Below are positions 24,881-36,464 of a DNA stretch of 43,839 bases, piece after piece. This DNA is from Nemertoderma westbladi (lineage: Eukaryota > Animalia > Xenacoelomorpha). The notes below the pieces were generated by a model that worked only from the letters and a program-made list of their open reading frames with translations, was not told where the DNA came from and ran no database searches. Both the position numbers and the translations under genes were made by a program. Positions within the stretch are counted from its first letter, which is position 1, and the number at the start of each line of letters is the position of its first letter. The DNA lies in contig JAUCBJ010000171.1 in NCBI GenBank assembly GCA_032718475.1, positions 1-43,839 of the forward strand, given 5' to 3'.

Positions 24881-26736
24881 TGCTTGGCTGGCTACATAAC
24901 GAAAAGACGAGATACCCTATATTCGTCGCGAATAGGGTGGACGAAATAAGGGCGACCACAGAATTGGAAAGGTGGCACTACTGCCCAACGGACGAGAACC
25001 CAGCGGACTTGTTATCGAGGGGCGTGGCACGCCACACTTTCTTGAAGAAGGAAGTATTCTGGCAACACGGGCCACAGTTTCTGAGCGACAAGGAGGCCTG
25101 GCCGCCGATGAGAAAGGTTGACCCGGGCTCAGGAGAGGTAGTGTCAGAAGGAGAAGAGGGAGATTCAGAGGGAGAAGAGATATACTCCCAGATGGTGAGG
25201 GAGATAAGGGACGTGCAACCTAAACCAGAAGAACTGTGCGATAACCCGACGGATAAACTCCTCAACTACAGCTCTAGTTGGTATAAGACCAAGAAATTAG
25301 TGGCGTACTGGAGAGCCTTCAGGAATTTCCTTGCGGGAGTTGGCAAAGGCAAGAAGATCAGGGCAACAATAGATCTGGAAGAAGCGGCCAAAGCAGTAAT
25401 CCGCTATGAACAACGGAAGAGCTATGGCGACGAGGTGGAACGCGTCGGTAAACAACAGCATCTCCGACGGGATAGCGAGTTGATCACGCTGTCACCACAA
25501 CTTAATGACGACGGGATTCTAGTAATGAATTCTAGGGTGGGATACAACAACAGCATAGTCGTACCACCGAAACCCATCATCATTCCCACAGGATCGCCAA
25601 TAGTCCACCAGATTATCTGGGACTCCCACAAGTCGATATTGCACGGGGGCACCAACCGAACCCTTACGGAGATACGGAGGACCTTTTGGGTCAAGCAGTT
25701 GAGGAAGAAGGTAAAAGCAGTAGTGGGGCAGTGCCAGACCTGCCGACGAGCGAAGAAGGAGCGAGCCATACAAGAGATGGCACCACTACCAGCGAGTAGA
25801 GTAAGACAGCACGACCCACCATTTACACATTGCGGTGTGGACATGTTCGGGCCGATAAAGATCAAGGTGATGCGGCACACGGAGAAACGCTACGGTATTA
25901 TCTTCGTATGTAACAACACGCGGGCGGTAGGGATAGAACTCGCCCAAGATGCAACCGCATCAGCATTTATTAATGCATTAGAAAGGTTCAGAGACCGCAA
26001 AGGTGGGACAATCGCAGTAATGTACTCCGACAGTGGAACCAACTTTGTGGGAGCAGAGAATGAGATGGCAGAGGCCTTGGACATCTTGGAAGGGGAAGAA
26101 GTCAGGGCAGCCATGAGACGACGACAAGTAAAGTGGGAGAGAAGGACGCCGTATGCACCACATACACTAGGATGCATCGAGATACTAGTGGGCAGTTCGA
26201 AGCGTCTCATGACGAAGTTAATGAACACCCACATGGTCACGGAGGACATCTTGAGAACAGTACTTGCGAAGTGCGAGGGTATCATTAATAGCAGACCGCT
26301 ATATCCGGAGAATGATGACCCTGAGTCATTAGATGTGCTGACGCCCAGCCATTTTCTAATGGAAAGGCCAGCGACCATCGATATGCGGGGTGTAGACCCA
26401 GATGACATACACTCCCGCCAGAGTTGGAAGGTCGCTAAAGCGATAAGCGCAGAGTACTGGAGAAGGTGGGTTGAGGAATACCTACCCATGCTTCACAAAA
26501 GAAGCAAGTGGAGGAAGTCGAATAGGGAGTTAAGAGAGGGAGATCTCGTAATCGTTATGGATGATACTATCATCAACAACCAGTGGCGGTTGGCAAGAGT
26601 TGTAGGCACTTACTCCGATGAGGACGGAAGAGTCCGATCGGTAGAAGTGCGGATAGGTGGCAAGATAGGTGCGAAAGACAGAAAACCCTACAGGAGAGCT
26701 GTAGGGAAATGCTGTCTATTAGAAGGGGCACCTTAG
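24874..26736 (+). pseudogene. int: Element B RNase H C-terminus and integrase
   Basis: FVANRV, WHYCPTDENPADLLSRG, HKSILHGG...CQTC, GVDMFGP, YSDSGTNFVGA, EGIINSRPL, LTPSHFL, YWRRWVEEYLP, DGRVRSVEV. Confidence 0.95.
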
Positions 26737-26845
26737 ATCGTTTGTTAGAGAAGAGTTTAGTCGTCCAAGTTTTGGACTGAGGGGGGTGGGATTGAGGGCG
26801 AGACGCCCTTCCCACACATAAAAATAAAAATAAAATGAATAAAAA

Positions 26846-27385
26846 TTAGAGTTAGTTAGTTAGGAGTCAGTTAGAAGGTACGTAGTACCTATAATTAGAA
26901 TTAGTTAGTTAGGAGTCAGTTAGAAGGTACGTAGTACCTAGAGTTAGTTAGTTAGTTAGTTAGGAGTCAGTTATAAGGTACGTAGTACCTAGAGTTAGTT
27001 AGTTAGTTAGTTAGTTAGGAGTCAGTTAGTTAGAGGTGTTAGAGAAGTAGTAAGAGGGTACGTAGTACCGGTGGTTAGTAGAGTTAGAGGTTAGTAAGAG
27101 GGTACGTAGTACCGGTTAGTAAGAGTAGAGCTGGAAGTTAGTAAGAGGGTACGTAGTACCGATAGTTAGTGGAGTTAAGAGTAGTAAGAGGGTACATAGT
27201 ACCATTAGTTAGTGGAGTTAGTTAGAGGGTACGTAGTACCATTAGTGGAGTTAGAGTAAGAGTTAGAGGGTACGTAGTACCGCTAGTTAGGGAGAGAGAG
27301 AGTAAGAGTTAGAGGGTACGTAGTACCGCTAGTTAGTTAGAGGTTAGTAAGAGGATACGTAGTACCGATTAGTAAGAGAGAGAGG
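26846..27385. repeat. Tandem array of 11 GGTACGTAGTACC hairpin motifs in (AGTT/AGAG)-rich spacers
   Basis: Motif starts at about 26877, 26926, 26977, 27057, 27101, 27148, 27191 (variant), 27228, 27269, 27315 and 27354 (variant). Confidence 0.92.
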
Positions 27386-27850
27386 TAGAAGGGTATATAT
27401 AGTATATATATTAGTCAGTAGTTAGTAGCGAGAGGGGGGCATATGAGTACAGTTGGATAGATCGTGTAGGCCACACGACATATACTGCTGTACTGCACAG
27501 GCCCATAGAGTAGGTCAGAATGCGGATTATGGAATAGAATAATCCATAAACAGTAAAGTAATAGAATTAAGTTAAATCAAAATAAATAGAATAAATAGGG
27601 CTAAAATTACAGATTATGGTAACAGCAGGGAAACTATTCTGGAACATACTTAAAGCAACGGACAGAAATTGTAAATTAGGGTACATTTCTTAGCTACAGA
27701 ATTAAGTAATAGAAATTTAGGCTAAAAGGCGTAGTTAGATAGGAAATAGGCCATTCTCGAACTGTGCAGACCATCAGAAACTAATCACTCATCTGTATTG
27801 CGCCTTGGTAAGGCACCACCTCTACAGGTGAGCGAGTGAGAGTGTTCGGA

Positions 27851-30408
27851 ATGGCGGGAAAACTGATCAGAAAGAGAAAGGCGGAGCAAGGAGGAAAGGA
27901 GATACTGGTGGATTTCACCAAGAGGCATCCGGAAGAGAAGACGAGAGGATACTACGAGAGGTTGGAAAAGGGTCACGCGGCACGCAGGACCACTTCCGGG
28001 AGATGCACGAACAGTGGCTGGTCGGGACATACGGGACGCCGTCGCTGGACAACGCGATCTTCCAACACTTCCACTACGTGGTGAAAGGGGACGAGGCGAA
28101 GTTCGGGATTCCGAAGTACCTGAGGGAGTCGCCGAAGAAGGATTGGAAGAGGTTTATAGAGTCCGTCAACAGGGGAGGATATATGATCCTAGACGACGAG
28201 GGAACCATGGAAGACTAGGAGGGTTCGAGACGAGGATCAGCAGGGTCGGCCAGGACCATACTCCTACATTTGGCCGCGCCAAATGGGGACATTTTCTTAT
28301 TCGACCTAGGAACGTATTGGAAAAAGGACGGGCCAAAATTAAACCGGTTGCCGAAAGCGGTGCAAGTCCTGGTAAGAGAGAAGTCGACGACGAAAGTGGG
28401 ATCGGCGATTCATGAGGACGCGGAGAGAATCATCGGTCCGGACGCCACCAACCTCCTGGATATGCAGAAGGTCTTCATGGCTATGACAGCACCAGACGGG
28501 TTGGGAGTAGTCGGGAACACAGGTCAACGCGGAGCGGTGGCAATGGGCCAGCTATTGGGGCTCGTATGCCACAAACCGATGGACTGGGGGAAGTTCAGGG
28601 AGGAATACGGAGCAGAACTAGCGAACTCGCTAAAGTGGGGAGCGAGACCAGGAAGGCAAGAGGTATATCAATTCCGCAGAGGAGCGATAAAGGTATATCA
28701 GAAGCGATATATCCTGCAGGAAGATTGGATAATGATAAGTTTGCTCAACTTATTCATGACCGTGGTTATCGAGAGGGAACCAGCGGCATTTCTGTTATCG
28801 GGATCACCCCTAAGCTACAGGAGAGCCTTTAAGACGGCCTTCGACGGTCTGGTAGACCACCCGGGGCTGAAGGGCGAGTCGGTGTACTACAACAGCCGAC
28901 ATCTGATAGACGGGGAGATAGATACGCCGTATCAGAGATGGGAGCAGCTAGAGACGGATAGACGAGAGGCAAAGCGACTGGAAGAAGTCGCGAGACGGGA
29001 GAGGATAGAAGCAGAGGAGAGGGAGGAGGAGGCCAGGACGCAGAGTTACGGCTTCGAGGAACAGGCAGGCTTAGACGAACTTCGTTGGACTTCATCAGGG
29101 AGTTCGGGGGAGTCTCTAGGGCGAGAACTGGGATGGACGGTGGGATCGCCGAAACAGTCGACGTTGGGGTTGCAAGCGATGCCCATACCAGCGGGCGCCG
29201 AAGGCGACCAACCGCTAAGGAAGTTGAGGGAGCTAGAGGGATGGAGAGCTACGGGCGAGAGCCAAGGCGGGAAGGGACATAGTGGATCCATCGGGATACC
29301 GGGGTTGGAGCCACTGCCAGAGGAGGACGAAGACGACGATGAGTTCGGAGAGATGCCGCCCATCGAGAGGATTGGCCACTCGGACACGGACTGGGTTGGC
29401 GGGAGGGTGGTGACGGCCAGTGGGGCGAGGGCCTTCTGGGATAGACCCGGCAAGCCGGCCTGGGTGCACGAGGAGCCGGCGATGGATTTCGCGGGGAGCA
29501 CTATCAGGTTGGGTGAACAACCGGGGACGGCACCACGGGTAGTATTCGGGGAGACGATGCCCGAGAGGGGCGAGGAGATCGACGTAGACAGGGACACTAA
29601 CGTGCAGAAGTTCGCCTACCAGCGACTCCACAGACCGCGGAGATCGCTTGGGACGAAAGACGACGTGGGGCGGGAGACATTGGTACTCGGTTGCGATTAC
29701 TGTGGGAGACAGACCCACCAGGAAAGGAGCTGTTTGTACCGATTCCAAAAGGGGACCTTTTGTCTCTACTGCCGCGAGTCGAGCCACAGGATGGGGGCGT
29801 GTCCACGGTTGCATAACCGATGTCCGAAGTGTAACTTTCGGGGACACTACGGATGCCAGTGCGACTGGATGGACGACGAAGAGAAGTTCAGAACCTTCGA
29901 GGAGTGGGCCGACGTCGGGGCCATGATGCGCCAGCGCATGAAGGCCCAGGAGTTCAAGTGGGGTTTCTTCCTTATCAATCAGGAGGCTCACTTGGAAATC
30001 ATAAAGCGGAGGTTACCGTTTACCTATCAAGAGGTAGCAACGGCGGCGTCGTATGCCGGAGTGATAAATACACAAAGGTATTTGGACAGGTGGACGCCAC
30101 AGAACCAAGGGGAGTTTAGGGATTTCCTGGCGGAGCACGTGCCGCGGGCAATGAAGATGATCTTATGGGATGCCACCACGGGGAGACAACAGGGCCACTT
30201 GGAGGGGCCACCTGCGAAGCGATATCGGGAGCTGATAACACCAGCACCCAAGGAGCCAACGACCGGGATCAGTAAGGAGGTGGCGGCGAGGGTCCGAAGA
30301 CAGAAAGCGGATCCCAGAGGAGCGGTAGTGACCAGGAAACGACCCAGGGAGGAGGACGGCAAAGGGAAAGACTTGAGGTGGTTCCCAAAGTCAGGGGGGA
30401 TGAACTGA
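27851..30408 (+). pseudogene. Element B extra ORF: DEDDy-like 3'-5' exonuclease + acidic linker + 3 CCHC knuckles + basic tail
   Basis: ORFs 28003-28218 and 28270-30408 are in frame across TAG 28216-28218. Exo I GYMILDDEG (28177-28203), LHLAAPNGDIFLFD, Exo II TTKVGSAIHED, Exo III YILQE (28708-28722). Knuckles at 29692-29862. Start uncertain (ATG 27851 needs a frameshift; alternatively ATG 28003 or splicing). Confidence 0.82.
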
Positions 30409-31073
30409 GACTTCGATGTGGAACGCCTGGAAGGTGCCACGTGAGACGTGCGAACTATTAAGTACAAATTCAAAATGATGCAAATAATTAAATAAGTGCA
30501 ATTTGTATGTACGTACGTAGTAATCAGTAGTTTAGTTATGAAATATATGTTCGAAGTGAGTACTATAGTCATTCAACCTTTCTCAATTAGCTACTGGGAC
30601 TGGGGGGCTAACTGACTATGGTACTATGGACGAGACACTAGACAATTTCACACTTCTTGAGTGCGACGGCACAGGAGGGGGGGGTGAGATTCGTCAGAAG
30701 GGATGAGGTAGTCAAAGAGGGGTCGAGTAAAGGTGATAGTGCGGAGTGCGGAGAGAGTGCGAATGCAATTCAAGTGTGTGGGAGGAATAAGAGGCTGAGT
30801 GAGGGACAGGGAAGTCCGAGAGTTAGAGCGGTAGTGAGGAGAAGTAGAGGAGAGTCAGGGTGAGAACAGAGTGGAGTTAAAGTGGCAAAGTGTTGGGGAA
30901 ACAAAAATCGTGTGAGAGGAGCGCACGATCGGCCCGACATGGGACGCCAGGCAAACCGGGTAGCGATATCATACCCATAGGGGGCGGTCTGGAAAACCGG
31001 CTCTGAAAAATAGTTCCACCCCACACCCGATAATAGATCGGGATCCAGCGGAATTGTAGCGCACTTTAGGTGG

Positions 31074-31111
31074 ATGCTATCTTCTCACCGGGAAGATAGC
31101 ATGGGGGGGAG
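31074..31111 (+). promoter_or_regulatory. Hairpin plus polypurine tract of element B
   Basis: Perfect 11-bp stem ATGCTATCTTC (31074-31084)/GAAGATAGCAT (31092-31102), then GGGGGGGAG directly before the LTR TG. Confidence 0.9.
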
Positions 31112-31670
31112 TGTTAGCTTATTCAATTCCACTAACACAAACCCATAAAGTAAGCCGTTAAGCAATATTGGGGGCCACGAGGTTGATTACCCAATCTCGT
31201 GCCACCCCAATAAAATGGGAAGGAGAAACACACAATAAGGGTCAGGGGCCACACCCCTGACCGAGAGAGAATAGTAGGAGTGAAGGGAAACACTCCAAAG
31301 GGCGCCAACAGAGACATTAGCCAATGGGAGGGAGGCACCGGCTAGGTACAGTAACAAGGCCAACCCGTGCAATATAACCAGTTTACAGTAATCAGTTATC
31401 TCAGTTATCTCATTGTGTTGGTCGGTTTAGCTAGGGTAGAACCGGTACTTCAATTACCGTCGTCGTACCTACCGTATCTGAGACTTCATCATTGTATATT
31501 CCAGTTACCTCATTTATACCATTATCTATTGAACTTATGCAACTATACTATTATACGTGAGAACTTTGTACAGCGAACAATAACTCTTTACCTTTTACAC
31601 ACACACGGCGGGGACGCGACGCGTGAATCGAAAACCGGATAAACCGGGATCCTCTCTGGATCCCGTCACA
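31112..31670 (+). repeat. 3' LTR of element B
   Basis: 555/559 identical to the 5' LTR; followed by TSD GTTAG. Confidence 0.98.
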
Positions 31671-33049
31671 GTTAGATTAATGTAGGGGCAGTACAGATGT
31701 CAATCAGAGAGGTAACACCTGCTTCTTATAATAATAATTTCCCTTAGACACAGCTTAGCAAATGGGAGTCATTGATTGCCGATTGCTAAGCTGCGCCCAA
31801 CTAAAATCACAATAATATATGAAACCACTGATTCACACACAATACCAATACGAATTAAAGAAAGATATTGCATTTATTAACATAAAACAGAGGCATCTAA
31901 GAAAAGCTGTTGCAGGTGTGTAGAACAAGATATTGTGCGTAAAGCGCGATTTAGTGCGCGAGGATATTTTTACGATATTATAAGAAATAAGTAGTATCAC
32001 TAACTATTTACATCATTGTGTGAAAAGCATTACTTTCCAGCGTTATGACCCGCGTCGGAGTATATTAATGTAACGAAAGAGCACAGCGAGGAAGGCTTAC
32101 ATAAATATACGAAGCCTTTGTGCACATACTGAAATCCATAGGGAGGCTACCGGTACCAATTAAATCTTCATTTAAAAAAAGGACTTCAAAATCTTAGTTT
32201 CAGTCCCAAATAAATTTAAAAGTTCATCAACATATGCAACACCAGAAATTGAGGTGTGCAAGTTGGTGAAGATAGAATTGTTTTGATGGTGCGATCTCTT
32301 GGTGAAAATTAATTGCATATCGGTCGGTCTACATCCCTCGTACACAAGGAAATGTGATACGATGAAAATACCATTTTGAATACTGTCTCTCAATTCAAGT
32401 AAGCGAAACATCTAACATTATTTCCGTATGAGAGCAATAATCAGAATTTTCATTTTCTATTAAACGTAATTTTCTATCACATTTATTGCAACGTTATCGA
32501 TTTTTAAATGATTAAATGATTTAGACAAAGAAACATAAACACACAGGATTATGAGAGATTTCACTTTTCAATGAGAAATAACTGTTAGAGTTCGAAAAGA
32601 AGTGTCATTACACACTTAATTAGAACATTAGGAAACGGCTACTGATTAAAAACTGAATATGAATCATTTGTGGTGGAAAAAAATTTACACAACTGTTGTT
32701 GGAATTTCAAAAACTATATAATAATAAAATATATAGGAATTGATGATATTTCACAAATTTTATAACTCTTCTGACAAATTGTTGGTAGACATCCAGCTGT
32801 ATTAGAATATTCCTTTAAATAGTTGAAGTGGTGAACTAATTGAAAATATTTAGGCCCCCTAATTTGTAATTTTGTAAATAATATCCATGAAAAAATACAG
32901 CTCAAGGAATTATGAGAGACCACCAGTTAAATATCAAGACTACCACCAGTTTGATGAGGAATAACAACCAGATTGTCGCAACTGTGAGGGATGCCATGCC
33001 CCAAGAACGTAACTCAATCAACTTCCTGACTGGACAGAAACAACAACAA

Positions 33050-33262
33050 TAATGAGTGAATGTTGGGGGGCGAGTGACGCGGTGAATTAAATATATAATG
33101 TAAATAGGACAATATGATAATGCTCTCCATAGCGAAAAATATCAACCGGCCCTATTGGGGTTCGATTGAAACATAGGTACCGGGTTCGAGCCCCAATAGG
33201 GCCGGTTGATATTTTTCACTATGGAGAGCATTATCATATTGTCCTATTTACATTATATATTG
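33050..33262 (+). mobile_element. 213-bp tRNA-SINE-like insertion containing a 76-bp fold-back
   Basis: Flanked by 14-bp direct repeat AGAAACAACAACAA (33036-33049, 33263-33276). Arms 33090-33165 and 33186-33261 with 2 mismatches. A-box-like GAGTGACGCGGTG and B box GGGTTCGAGCCC. Confidence 0.7.
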
Positions 33263-33769
33263 AGAAACAACAACAAGGTTAAGGCAGAATCACCAACCGA
33301 TCGCCTCAGTAATTGGAAGGCCCACTTTGAAAAGCTCCTCAATAATGACAGGGTATTGCCCGATAACTTCATAGAAGTAAAAGTGTCTGAGTCTGTACTC
33401 CCAGATATTCCCATTGGCGATATCTCTTTTGCTGAAGTGAAGGCTTCTTCAAAGGGCATTAAGACCAATCGTACCAGTGGAGTAGATTGTGTCCCCCCTG
33501 AGGTATTTAAAATATCTGAGTGTTTGAAGCAGAATAGATCTGAAAGATTGAAGAACAGAATTATATTAAATGCATCAGGGATCCCATTGAGAGACTGCTC
33601 CGTGGAAATCAGAAGGATAATTGAAATTCATAATAATTTTGGTTGACTATGTTCTACACCTGTCCTTAGATCATCATAATGATGATGGGGTGATGGTAAC
33701 TCCACCTACTGGCTCCATAGAAGTCGAGGAAATCTTGCTAAGTTCATAACTGATCTAGAATTTGTTGAT

Positions 33770-36464
33770 AGATAGATTTATTTATACTGTACATTATGTA
33801 AAAACAATAACAAATACACCAAACAATGTACCGGTATAAAGGTATTGTCCAACATAACATATAGGATTACCCCTAAAGCTTTGCAGCTTATTTCCAAGGG
33901 GGCCCTTTATGTTACTTGGTTACAAATACAATATTACACTACGCTAACCTAAAACCAATATAAAACGTAATTACACTATGTACATGTACAACTTTACCGA
34001 GAGCGTGACAATGTCCAACTCAACGATATAATGTACACAACAATTTATTATAAAACGTAATTACAGTATAAATAGTAAATAATTAATAAACTAATAACTT
34101 ACTGTACGACTATTGTACCTATTTTTACATTGCACACGGAGATGAGATTTAACTGCAGATTTAAAAGAATGTTGATTATCTAGGTTTTTAATTTCATTTG
34201 GTAGAGCGTTCCAATTTTTAATGCCGTTAAAAAAGAAAGTATCAGATTCGAAGGATTTACAATTCGGGAGGTAGAAGTTTGAAGCACTAGCTCTGGTACT
34301 GTAAGAGTGTGTATCGCGTACTCTGTTGAATTTTTGTTTTAGGTAATTGGGACATTTACCATTATACACTTTATGCACATGGTTACGGCGTAGCTGCTTA
34401 ACTCTACTATCTAAGTTAAGTATAAGTAGTCCAGATTCAGAAAAGTCATCTGGAGTTAGGTGGTGCCTAGGTTTGTAGTCTTTAATAAATCGTACTACTT
34501 TATTCTGAGCTACTTGTAATTTACATTTAAGCTGTTTGGTTAAGCCTTCATACCAAGAAGAGCACGCATAGTCCATGTGACACTGTATTAAAGAAGAGCA
34601 AAGTAACTTGCGGGAGTCGGTATTTAAACTATTTTTATTTCTGTATAGAAACCAAAGCCTACTGTTAACTTTCTTTCGAGAAAATATTTTTCACTGTGTT
34701 TTCTCCTGATAAGCAGTTATCCAATGTGGCGCCTAAATATTTAACTTCCTTTTTATTTTCAATCTTATGTCCATTACTAGTGACTTCAAACTTAGTTACC
34801 TTCTTTAACTTTCTTTTGGAACCAAACAAAATACTTTCAGTCTTACCGTAGTGAATGGATAGCTTATTATCAACCAACCACTCATTACAGGATTCTAGAA
34901 CTGCACTTAACTTTTGGGAAATATGGATAGGATCTTTATGAGAGAAAATAAAAGCACTGTCGTCGGCATATAAAATGAGTTTAAAATCGGGATCTATACT
35001 ACTTATCATATCATTTACATAGCATACAAAAAGCAGAGGACCTAATATACTACCTTGCGGTACACCACAGGTAATCTCATGTACAGTAGACTGCGATTTG
35101 CTAATGACTACAGTTTGACCTCTGTCTGACAGATAGGACTTGAACCAGTCTATAGAACCTACACCCATCAGGCCTAACTCACCAAGCATAATTTCGTGAT
35201 CTACAGTATCGAAAGCCTTTTGTAGGTCCAACATTACCATACCAGTATATAAACCCTTTGTGTTATTACATCTAATTGTATCAGTTAAGTTAATAAGGCA
35301 GGTGTCTGTAGAATATGATTTACGAAAGCCGGACTGAAGTTCATAGATCAGATTTAGCCTACTAAGATGTGATTCCAGCTGTAGAAAAACAGAACGTTCT
35401 AGAATTTTAGATACAATACTTAAGATACTAACAGGTCTGTTATTACAGGGTTCTACTTTACTATTCTTTTTATACAGAGGAACAACCTTAGCTAATTTCA
35501 GTTCGTCTGGTACTACATTATCTACGATAGAGTAATTAATAATAAAAGTAATAGGCACTTTAAGTACTACAGCACCATCCTTAAGAAAACGGGCAGGTAT
35601 TAGGTCTAGACCGGTACTTTTTGAGGTTGATAGGCTAAGTAGATTTTGAAAAACGAAATCCTCAGAAACGGGTTTTAAAAATAACTTTTCTAAATTTTGT
35701 AACTTTTCTAAATAAAAATTATTTAGAGTTTCGGACCCTATACTATATTTATTACTTGATAACGGTAACTTCTTAACTAAATTAGAAGCAACATTAGTAA
35801 AATAATTATTAAATAAATTACTAACTAGAGTATGATCATGTACCAGCTCACCGTTATCTTGCAGAACAATATTCGATTTAGATTTAAGGTTTTTATAACC
35901 TAAAGATTTTAGGGTAGACCATAGACTTTTAGGATTATCTTTATTCTCACTTATTTTGTTGTACAAATATTCAGATTTCGCTTTTCTTATTTCCCGTTGG
36001 ACAAGGTTTCTATATTTGCAGTAATTTTTATAATCAGCTAAAACACGGTATTTCCTAAATTTATACAAATAGTTATCTCTTTCTCTGATATTACTAAGAA
36101 TACCCGAGGTCATCCAGGGCTCAGTGCGTTGTTTAAGACTAATTTCTTTAATTGGTGCTACAGTATTAAGTGCCTTTAAAAATATATCTTTAAAAACAGT
36201 GTACGCAAGTTTAATGTCAGCGGCCTTAAAACGGGGTTCCCAGTCTGAATTAACTAACAAACTTAAACTGTAATTTTTCATAGACCTAACAGTTACTGTT
36301 TTATGATCCCCGAAAAAAGATTTTTGTGTCTTTCTTGTGCAAAAAACTATAAAATGATCGCTTAGACCTATAGGTAAAACCCCAGATTGAGAAATAATAT
36401 CGGTATTATTACAAAGGATGTGATCTAGTAAAGTAGAAGTTTTACTGGTAATTCTGGTAGAATC
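33770..36464 (-). mobile_element. 5'-truncated CR1/L2-group LINE
   Basis: Ends in an AATAAA/TCTATC-type tail near 33770; 4-bp TGAT at both junctions; carries the ORF2 below. Confidence 0.9.
34091..36464 (-). pseudogene. LINE ORF2: end of APE endonuclease and reverse transcriptase
   Basis: [14 protein letters not shown]...GLSDH; [63 protein letters not shown]; frameshift near 34670; C-terminal DYACSSWY, HSYSTR, WNALP. Confidence 0.93.

Larger units (their letters stand above)
17548..31670 (+). mobile_element. Full-length BEL/Pao LTR retrotransposon, element B (14,123 bp) with extra exonuclease ORF
   Basis: Two 559-bp TG...CA LTRs; TSD GTTAG at 17543-17547 and 31671-31675; PPT before the 3' LTR; gag-PR-RT-RH-IN order with Pao motifs. 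Confidence 0.98.

Noticed and set aside
26846-27385. CRISPR-like repeat/spacer appearance
   Set aside because: 13-bp repeat, spacers are related low-complexity sequence, no cas genes, eukaryotic retroelement context.
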